Shown here: positions 50,135 through 59,500 of the stretch, piece after piece | How positions within the stretch are numbered: the stretch's first letter is position 1 | Layout: every line of letters begins with the position of its first letter | DNA from: Bacteroidota bacterium | GTDB taxonomy: Bacteria; Bacteroidota; Bacteroidia; SXHM01 | NCBI GenBank assembly: GCA_947478465.1 | Contig: CANJWH010000010.1 | Location: forward strand, 991 to 64,990 | DNA: 64,000 nt | Reading direction: 5' to 3' | Program-made: the position numbers and the translations under genes | The notes under the pieces: model-generated | Database searches by the model: none | Seen by the model: only the letters and a program-made list of their open reading frames with translations | What the model was told of the DNA's origin: nothing

Positions 50135-51817
50135 TCATTGCCTTGCAGTTTTAATACGAAAACAAGTCAAACACCAAGTATTACCATGCTTTATTGAAAC
50201 AGGTGTTGCCCACCATTGATGACCCTCTTTGCATTGCCATAAAAGTTTTGTACTGCTATTTTTATATTCTTTTGATAAGCATAGTCCTTGATTTCTTATG
50301 GCAAGGTGCTGCATTTCCTCTATCGTAAGTTTTTTCAATTTTGAACATTCAGGACACCAACATTTAGCATGAATAATTGATACTGGTGGTGATTGAAATT
50401 GATGGCCCTCTTTACATTCCCAAATAAGTTTAGTGCTAAGGTTTATATACTTTTCTGATAAACATTTCCCACCTCTCAATTTTGCAAGCTCCTGCATTTG
50501 CTCAATTGTCTTCTTTTCAGAACCACTACACTTTAAACACCAACTCTCATTATTTTTTACATTATTAGGAGATGCAAACCATCTGTGTCCTTTTTTGCAT
50601 TCCCATTCTAAATTTCCCTCACTCCCCTTATATTCATTTGAAATAAGCTTTCCTCCTCTTTGTTGAGCAATTCCATTTAACATTGTAATTGCTGAAAAAC
50701 TCTTCTTAAATTCATCAAACGAAATCTCTTCCGGCTTTCTTATAATTTGAACTTCTACTCTCTCCAGCTCTTTTACTATCCACCCGACTAAACCGTCTTT
50801 AATTTTATTAGCAAAGTCTGGAATAAGTATGATTTTAATTCCTTTCTCCCTGCATAATTTTTCTTTTAGACTATCGCGTTTTTGCGCTTCTGATAACGTA
50901 TATTTTTCCGAGTGAAAAAATTTTATCTCTTCAAAGTGCTGAGCACCATTGTACTCAAATGCTAAATTATATTCCTTTGAGTAACCATCTAATTCTAATC
51001 TATTTCCAAGAACTTGTCTTGTTTTTTTGAATTCTGTTTGTAACAAATATTCTAAAATGAATCTGCATTTTTCTTCTGTATAATACCATCTACATTGCGG
51101 ACACCATTGTCCACTGTTCATTATACTTGCTGAAATCATTTCAAATGTATGTCCGTCTGCACATTTCCATTCTAGTTTTGTTCGGCTGTTTACATACGCT
51201 GTTGATAGTAATTCCCCACCTCTCGATTTAGCAATCTCTTGTAACTCTTTAATTGTTGGCTTTGCCTTTCCAGAACATTTTGGACACCATACATTATTGC
51301 CTTTAATATCATGTGCAGTTGCTAAAAAATTATGCCCTTTTTCACATAGCCAAGATAGTTTTTCTTTATTGTGATTATATCTTTCAGATAAACATTGACC
51401 TCCTTTTGTCTTAGCATATTCTTTCATTTCCTCTATGGTCAGTTTTTTTGTTCCACCACATTCGTGACACCAATGTTTAGCATTAATTATTGAACTAGGT
51501 GTTGCAAACCATTCATGCCCTTTATCGCATTGCCAATGAAGAGTTGAATTAATATTCTTATAAGATATTGATAGACATTTCCCCCCTCTTGATTTTGCAA
51601 TTTCTTGCATTTTTTCAAGAGTATATTTTCTTTTTCCTGAGCAATCAGGACACCAATGCCCATATTTTATTGAGTGGTATAAAGCAGTCCATTTGTGCCC
51701 TTTTGCACATTGCCATTCAAGTTTATTATTGCTGTTTTTGAATTCTAATGACAAGCATTTTCCCTCTCGCAGCTTTGCAAGTTCTTGTGCCTTATTAATC
51801 GATAATTCAGATCGCAT
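50135..51817 (-). CDS. multi-zinc-ribbon repeat protein with central DUF559/Vsr-like (PD-(D/E)xK-type) nuclease-like domain
   Basis: Seven tandem roughly 50-aa modules, consensus T[IL]EEMQE[IL]AKxRGGKCLSxxYKNxxxKLxWxCxKGHxWxAxPxSIxxxxxWCPxCSG, four N-terminal and three C-terminal. They flank a core with ELDGYS...LAFEYNGAQH...KRD..L...GIKIILIP resembling DUF559 endonuclease-like domains. Confidence 0.6.
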   Translation of the reverse strand: MRSELSINKAQELAKLREGKCLSLEFKNSNNKLEWQCAKGHKWTALYHSIKYGHWCPDCSGKRKYTLEKMQEIAKSRGGKCLSISYKNINSTLHWQCDKGHEWFATPSSIINAKHWCHECGGTKKLTIEEMKEYAKTKGGQCLSERYNHNKEKLSWLCEKGHNFLATAHDIKGNNVWCPKCSGKAKPTIKELQEIAKSRGGELLSTAYVNSRTKLEWKCADGHTFEMISASIMNSGQWCPQCRWYYTEEKCRFILEYLLQTEFKKTRQVLGNRLELDGYSKEYNLAFEYNGAQHFEEIKFFHSEKYTLSEAQKRDSLKEKLCREKGIKIILIPDFANKIKDGLVGWIVKELERVEVQIIRKPEEISFDEFKKSFSAITMLNGIAQQRGGKLISNEYKGSEGNLEWECKKGHRWFASPNNVKNNESWCLKCSGSEKKTIEQMQELAKLRGGKCLSEKYINLSTKLIWECKEGHQFQSPPVSIIHAKCWCPECSKLKKLTIEEMQHLAIRNQGLCLSKEYKNSSTKLLWQCKEGHQWWATPVSIKHGNTWCLTCFRIKTARQ

Positions 51818-51949
51818 TTTTTTGTTTGATAAAACAAACCTAAAAACTTTCCCGCATCTTCACTAAACGCAATTTCCAATTGCGCTTAGAACACAAGATA
51901 ATTTGCAACTAAGCGAAGCGATCTCACCGAAGGTAATTATCTTTTCAAC

Positions 51950-52400
51950 GTATGTCCATTCCATTTCCAAAACTCCTGCCTTCCTCTGTGCCTCCTCATT
52001 CTAACTCTGTGTAACTTCTCCTCTCCGGTTAAAAAATCCATTTCACATCCCCATTTTCCCTGTCATCCGTGTCCCATTTCCCTTCCCCACACATAAAACA
52101 CCCCATTTCACGCAAAGAAACTGCCATTTAATGCTAAACAATTAACATTTTATGTGTATCAATTAACAGTAACTTCTAATCAATTAACGCTTAATTCGTA
52201 AAAATTAATAGTAAATGTGTATCAATTAATAGTAACTTCTAATTTAATAATACTAAATTCTAATCAATTACCACTTCATTCTAATATATTAACAATAAAT
52301 GTGAACAAATTACCACTAACTTCTAATCAATTACCAATTAATGTGTATTAATTAACTATAATTGCTCCTCAATTAACACTTCAAGCTCCGAAATTGAGAG
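51950..52400. repeat. iteron-like direct-repeat arrays in a divergent intergenic region
   Basis: Five CCATTTC(A/C)C repeats at 51955-52110. A further 8-10 AATCAATTA(A/C)C / AACTTCTAAT repeats, including three roughly 40-bp copies of aatgtgtatcaattaacagtaacttctaatcaattaac, lie at 52130-52380. Confidence 0.7.
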
Positions 52401-52478
52401 CGCAGGTAAAATAAATCCCAGCGCAAGTCAAAAAATCCAGCCTCTAACCTCCAACTTCTAACCTCTAACTTCCAAAAA

Positions 52479-52850
52479 ATGGCAAACCGCTCCTACACAT
52501 CCAACCTCTTCTTAAACATAGAACATGTCTGCGCAGTAAGAAACATTGACCGGCCTTTCACCTTCCTGCGCAAGCACGGTTTTACCCACAACACCGCCTC
52601 ACAGCTTGTCAACAATGAAGTAAAAGAAATCAACCTCGCCTACATCGAGAAGCTCTGCCTCATTTTCAATTGCACCCCCAACGATTTATTTGATTACTCC
52701 CCTTCTAAAGACGCTGCACAAACAAACAACAACCCGCTCATTGCAATTATAAAAACCCGGAAGCCCGTAAACTTCAACGAGCTTCTCCGCGACATGCCCC
52801 TCGATCAGCTCAAAGAAATAGAAGAAGAAATTCGTAAGCGGAAAGCCTGA
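52479..52850 (+). CDS. XRE-family helix-turn-helix transcriptional regulator
   Basis: HTH_XRE-like segment FLRKHGFTHNTASQLVNNEVKEINLAYIEKLCLIFNCTPNDLFDY. Confidence 0.62.
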   Translation: MANRSYTSNLFLNIEHVCAVRNIDRPFTFLRKHGFTHNTASQLVNNEVKEINLAYIEKLCLIFNCTPNDLFDYSPSKDAAQTNNNPLIAIIKTRKPVNFNELLRDMPLDQLKEIEEEIRKRKA

Positions 52851-52890
52851 AAATATAATTTGTAAATTTGCTTCACTAAAACACAAATGC

Positions 52891-53133
52891 ATGAATATTC
52901 AGGTAAGAAAATTAAACTTTATTGAGGAGCTTTTAAGAGTAAGTGATGAGAAAATAATTTCAAAATTAGAAGCGTATCTTAAAGAGGAAAAAAAGAAAAG
53001 TTATGAGAAGGAATTAAAGCCAATGGCTCATAAAGATTTTTATGCAATGATTGACCAGTCGTTAAAAGACAGTAAAGAAGGAAGAGTAACTTCCAATACT
53101 GATTTGAAGAAGAAAATAAAAACGTGGAAATAA
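52891..53133 (+). CDS. putative antitoxin of a type II toxin-antitoxin pair
   Basis: 80-aa charged protein overlapping the downstream toxin gene by 10 nt. Assigned from position and size only. Confidence 0.45.
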   Translation: MNIQVRKLNFIEELLRVSDEKIISKLEAYLKEEKKKSYEKELKPMAHKDFYAMIDQSLKDSKEGRVTSNTDLKKKIKTWK

Positions 53134-53438
53134 AAATATTCTGGTCTGCACTTGCAGAGGATCAATTAAAAAACATTTTTGATTATTATAAAGAAGTTGC
53201 AGGAGAACGAATAGCTAAACGGATAATAAATCAAATTGCGGAACGGGTTACTATCCTTGAAAAAAATCCCAGAGCTGGGCAAAAAGAAGAATTACTGAAA
53301 GAATACTCGGAAGAATTTCGCTACCTCGTAGAATCAAATTACAAAATCATTTACTGGATCAACAGCAATATCATTACTATTTCATCTGTATTTGATTGCC
53401 AGCAAAATCCGGAAAAAATGAAGGAGTTGAAAAAATAG
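53124..53438 (+). CDS. RelE/ParE-family type II toxin
   Basis: 104 aa with an IFWSALAEDQL...YYKE N-terminus and a FRYLVESNYKIIYWINSNIITISSVFDCQQNP C-terminal pattern typical of ParE/RelE toxins. Confidence 0.68.
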   Translation: MEIKIFWSALAEDQLKNIFDYYKEVAGERIAKRIINQIAERVTILEKNPRAGQKEELLKEYSEEFRYLVESNYKIIYWINSNIITISSVFDCQQNPEKMKELKK

Positions 53439-53474
53439 AGCAGGAAGGAATGCTGCTTATCATGAATTAACAAA

Positions 53475-53508
53475 CAAAAAAGTCCCGCATTGCTACAGGA
53501 CTTTTTTT
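53475..53508. terminator. weak bidirectional terminator-like hairpin
   Basis: aaaaaagtcccgcattgctacaggacttttttt sits between convergent genes. Confidence 0.45.
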
Positions 53509-53550
53509 GTGTCTGCCTTCTCGCAAAAAACAGACGCGGGATTGAAAATC

Positions 53551-56500
53551 TTATTGCAGAACCGTTACATTTCCTGTATTGCTAAATCTTCCGTCTTCGT
53601 GTTCCATGCCTTCCCATTGTGTTCCATCCATAAAGGTTGCATCTGCTTTCCAGATATAAGCACCCTGTGGAACAACCACACCATTGTATCTTCCATCCCA
53701 GCTTTCAACAGGTTTGCCATCAATTAACTTACTCGATTCCCAGAGCAGGTTACCCCATTTATCAAATATCATACAGTGGTAAGTTGCTACACCAATACCT
53801 TTTGGCAGGAAGTATCCGAAGTCGCCATCACCACCAACAATCAATGCATTAGGCATAAACAATCCTTTGAAAAGTTCCACTTCAACAGTTTGAGTAATGG
53901 TATCTGAACATCCTGCACCGCTGTAAGCAATCAGTGTTACATCAAACTCACCGTTGTCTGAATAATTGTTTATCGGATCTGTAAGTGTTGATGTTTGTCC
54001 GTCACCAAAATCCCAATCGTACGTTGTTGCACCTGTTGAAAGGTTGGTGAACTGAATTTGTCCGTCAGGGTCAACTACATTGAAATAATCGGAAGTGAAA
54101 TCTGCTACCGGGGTTTGCAACACTGTTACAGCAGAAGTGAGTTCGAGTGTATCGTTACAGATGCCGCCTCCACTTACTACCAATGTTACATCGTATGTTC
54201 CGGGAATTTCATAAGTGTGTGAAGGGTTGCTGAGCATTGAAGTATCACCATCACCAAAGCTCCAGTAGTAGGTAACACCGTCAACTGAATTGTTTGTGAA
54301 GGTCACCGTGTAAGGAGCACAACCTGAGTTTCCGCTCAACGCGAACGATGCAGTAGGTGCAGGATAAACATTGTAAACGTAATCCGAAGTATCTATGCAA
54401 CCACTTGCAGAAGTTGCAGTCAACACAACTGTATAAGTTCCGGTAGTATCAAAACTTGCTTGTCCGTTAGTAGTTGTTGCATTAGTTCCGTTTCCGAAGT
54501 TCCATGAATATGAAACAGCATTTGTTGAAGTATTAGTAAAATCAACTGTTACCGGATAAGTGCAGGAGTAAGTATTTGTAGAAGGCACTGTGAATGCAGC
54601 TACCGGAGGTGCGCTGATTGTTACGGTTACACTGTCCTGAGTTCCTACACAACCAAGTCCATCAGTTACAGTTACTACATACGTTGTAGGTACCGAAGGC
54701 AATACGATGTGCGAAGCTCCGTTTCCAAGACCATTGTTCCAGCTGTAAGTGTACACACCATTACCGCCTGTTGCGGTTGCAGAAATAGTAATACTGTCCC
54801 CTGCACAAACTACGTTTCCGATGCTGTTTATGTCAGCAACCAATTGTGCCGGCTGACCTATTGTAATTGTTTGCGAAGCAGCGCATCCATTTGCATCTGT
54901 AGCTATCACTATGTAAATTCCTGCAGAAAGACCTGTTGCTGTTGAAGTTGTATTATTACTTGGTGTCCAGTCGTAAGAGTAAGGAGTTGTTCCGCCAGTT
55001 ACAAGAACAGTTGCTGTTCCGTTTACTCCACCAAAGCAGGTAGGTTGTGAACTTCCTATTAAAGAAATTGCCATGTTACCCGGAGCAGAGATGGTAACGG
55101 TTGTGCTGTCTGAACATCCTGCGGCATCAGTTACAATAACTGTATGGCTTCCTGAAGTAAGGTTGGTAGCAGTAGCAGTTGTTTGTCCGTTATCCCAAGC
55201 GTAGTGGTAAGTTGGTGTTCCACCCACAACAGCAACAGTTGCAATACCAGTTGCAGAACCACCGCATGCAGGCTGTACAATGTTTGAAATAGTTAAATCA
55301 AGTGCAGCAGGTTCGCTCACAGTAAATGAAAGTTGAAGTGCGCAACCAGTAGAGTCGGTAATATTTACTGAATAGTCACCTGCCAGAAGATTTGTTGCTG
55401 GAACTGTAGTTTGTCCGTTACTCCAAGCATAAGTATATGGAGTATTTCCACCGGCAATGTTAAAGCTGATGCTTCCATTGTTTTCACCATTGCAGGTTAC
55501 ATTGTTTACATCCACATCTCCGGCTGAAAGAACTGCATTTTCGGTAATTACAAAGTTTACAATGGTGATACATTGATTGGCATCACGGATAGTGACAGAG
55601 TGCAATCCGGCCGGCAAATCTGAAACAGTTTGAGTTGTTTGACCATTATCCCAAACGTAGGTATAGCCCGGAATACCACCTGAAACGTTTATAGAAGCCG
55701 ATCCTGTAGCGCCACCTGCACAACCAACATTTACCTGGTTTTCAATAAACGCAGACATTGGTGAAGGCTGTGTGATGACTAAACTTAAAGAAGTATCGCA
55801 ACCACTTGCATCAGTAATCTGAACAGAGTATTCACCTGCGCCAACACCATTCAAATCATGAGTGGTTGCACCGTTAGACCATAAGAAAGTATATGGAGCA
55901 GTTCCGCCAATTACATTAATGAAGCCAGCGCCATTGCTTCCTCCGTTGCAAGTTACATTTAGTATATCAAGAATTGTTGCAGTTAAACTTGGTGGCTCTG
56001 TAATGTCAGCAAAAACAGTTTGTGAGCAACCATTTGCATCAACAACTGTTACCTGATGAATTCCAAATGCAAGACCTGTTGCAGTTTGTGTTGTTTGCCC
56101 GTTGGCCCATGAATAAGTGTAAGGAGCTACTCCACCGGTTACGTTTACTGTTGCAGATCCGTTGGCAACTCCTGCGCAGCTTACAGAAGAAGTATTCTCG
56201 ATAACTGCAGTTAATTGCGTAGGATTAACAACCTGAATAGTGTCAGTTGAAGAACAGCCATTAGCATCTGCTGCAGTTACAATATAAGTTCCTGCGAAAA
56301 GATTAGAAGCAACCGAGCCGGTTTGTCCGTTGCTCCAAAGGTAAGTGTAAGGAGCTGTTCCTCCTGAAGGAGTTGCTGTAGCAACACCGTTTCCGGCACC
56401 AAAGCAACTAACATCTTCACTATTGAAATCAGAAGTTACATCAGCACTTACTGTGAGAGTAATAGGGTTAACAATTCCAGCTTGAGTAGTTGTTGTGCAG

Positions 56501-59500
56501 TTGTTAGCATCTGTAACTGTTACATCATAAATACCCTCGGCAAGATTAGTTGCAGTTGCATTTGTTTGTCCGTTCACCCACAAATAAGTGTAAGGAGCAG
56601 TTCCGCCAGTAACAGAAACTGTAGCACTTCCATTGTTATTTCCATTGCATGAAGGCTGAGTAGTTGATGAAATTGTAGCAACCAGTTGCTCTGGCTCATT
56701 CACCACAATGTTTATAGTAGTATCACAACCCAGAGAATCAGCTAATGTGATTGAATATGTTCCTGCAATTAATCCGGAAATATCTTCTGTTGTAGAACCG
56801 TTACTCCAGGAGTATGAGTAAGGAGCAGTTCCACCGGAAGGTGTGATGTCAATAGCTCCGTCATTTCCTCCATTGCAACTTACATCGCTTACAGCAATAT
56901 TATTAGAAGGAATTGCAAGAGGTTGAGGTTCGCCAACTATAACAGTTAAGATTACATTGCATCCGTTGGTATCTGAAACTGTAACGGTATAAGTTCCGGC
57001 AGCAAGACCTGTTGCTGTAGAACCTGTTTGTGTATTTGACCAAAAGTAGAAATATCCCGGAGTTCCACCAGCGGCCTGAACTGTTGCGCTTCCGTTTGCA
57101 ACACCGTTGCATGAAGGTGTAACAATTGAAACAACATCTGCAGTTAAAACCATAGGATCAACTAGTGTTACAGAAACGGTGGTGTCGCAACCGTTAGCAT
57201 CTGTAGAAGTTACAAAGTATGTTCCGGCAGCTAAGTCGGTTGCAAAATAATCTGTTGAACCGTTAGACCATTGGTAAGTGTATCCGGGGGTTCCGCCATT
57301 TACTAAAACTTCTGCCATACCATCAGCATCGCCTGCGCATGATATGTCCGTTCCGTTATAGTCTGAAGTAACTGTAGCGTATGCAATAAGTGGATTAGGT
57401 TCACCAATAAGTACGTTTGTTGATGCAATGCATCCGTTGTTATCGGTTACACTTACAAAGTAAACACCTGCACTTAGGTTTGTAGCAGTAGATGAAGTTT
57501 GTCCATCACTCCACAAATATTGGTATCCGCTTGCACCTCCGGTAGCGTCAACTGTTGCATAACCATCTGCTAAACCACTGCAGCTTACATTATGTTGGTC
57601 TATTAGATTTACTTCCAACAATTCAGGTTCTGTTAAAGTAATGCTGTCATTAATTGAGCATCCGTTTATATCAGTAATGGTTACATAATATGTTCCTGCA
57701 AAAACAAATACCAGATTTTCGTCAGTTGAAGTAAAACCGTTTGGTCCTGTCCATGCATAATTGTAATCAGCACAATCTGCACCACCACTTAAAGCAAGAT
57801 TGATGCTGCCATTATTAGTATTTGCGCAGTTTATGTTCCAGCCTCCTGCATTTACTGGGCTTGTCAGACTATCAACTGTAAGCGGTGTTGGTTCTGTTAA
57901 TGTAATTGAAGTTGTTGCAGTATTTCCAAGCCCATCTGTAACGGTTACGGAATATGTAGTTGCAGAAAGACCGGTAGCAACTTGTGAAGTTTGTCCGTTG
58001 CTCCATAAGTAAGAATAAGGCATGCATCCACCGGCAGGCAATGCGGTTGCAGTTCCATTATTTCCTCCCGGACAAGTAATATTAAATCCACAGCTAAATG
58101 TATCAGCAACTGCAGAAACTAACAAAGGATTTGCAAGAACAGTTATGTCAAATGAACAGGTTGTTGTATTTCCTGAAGCATCAATTGCTGTGTATGTTAC
58201 AGTTGTTGTTCCAACAGGGAAGCTGTTTCCTGACTGGAAGTTACTGGTCAATGAGGTAACCGCACAGTTGTCAGTAGCAATTGGCGTATTCCATGTAGCA
58301 TAAGGATTGCAATTTGAACTGTCAGGTTGAATTACAATATCAGCAGGACACAAGGTAAATTCAGGTGCAATGTTATCCACTACCGTTATAGTTGAGAAAC
58401 AATTGTCTGAATTTCCATTCACATCCGTAACAGTAAGTGTTACCAGATTTTCGCCAACATTTCCGCAGTTGAAAGATGAAACAGAAATTATCATTGTATC
58501 AATTCCGCATGCATCAGTTGAGCCGTTATCAATTTGTGCAGCGGTGATTGAAATTACTCCATTAGAGTCAAGAGCAACAGTAATATTTTGACAAATTGCA
58601 TTAGGATTGGTTGCATCGACAACTGTAACAGTTGAAGAGCAGGTAGCAACATTTCCGTTGAGGTCAGTAACAGTTAAAGTAACAGTATTAGAGCCAACAT
58701 TTGAGCAGTCAAATGTATTTGGAGAAACTGTCATTGAAGCAATTCCGCATGCGTCTGAAGAACCGTTATCAACCTGTGAAGAAACGATTGAAATATTTCC
58801 TGTTCCGTCTAAATCAATTGTAATATCGCGGCAGATTGCAATTGGATCAACATTATCCTGCACTGTTACAGTTGATATACAGGTTGAAACATTTCCATTA
58901 ACATCAGTCACAGTTAATGTTACAGAATTAGTTCCTATACCAGCGCAAGTAAAGGTGTTAGGGTTCACAGTCATTGTTGCAATTCCGCAGTTGTCAGATG
59001 AACCATTATTTACCTGTGAAGAATCGATTGTTACCTGTCCGTTTGCATCCAACTGAACCGTGATGTCTTGACAAATTGCAATCGGATCTATCTCGTCATT
59101 AATAGTAACTGTTGCTGTGCAAGAAGAAGAGTTTCCGAAAGCGTCTGTAACAGTTAAAGTCACAGTATTTGCACCAACGTTTGAGCAATCAAAATTGGTT
59201 TCACTTACGCTGTATGTTAAGCCATTGTTAGGAGTTGAGCAGTTGTCGAACGAACCATTGTCAACCTCAACAGCAGTAATAACAGCGTTTCCGTTTGCAT
59301 CTAACTGTACTGTTATGTTTTGACAAATAACAGTTGGTGAAACAGTATCGGTAATTGTAACAACAGCATCGCATGAAGAAGAATTTCCGTTAGCATCAGT
59401 TACGGTTAATGTTACTGTGTTGGCTCCGATGTTTGAGCAATCAAAATTAGTTTGACTTGCAGTGTAAATTAAGCCTGAACCTGAATTAGAGCAGTTGTCA

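Noticed and set aside
50433-50666. 77-aa plus-strand ORF
   Set aside because: Antisense inside the zinc-ribbon/nuclease gene.
53509-53727. 72-aa plus-strand ORF
   Set aside because: Overlaps the 3' end of the giant adhesin gene on the opposite strand, with no supporting features.
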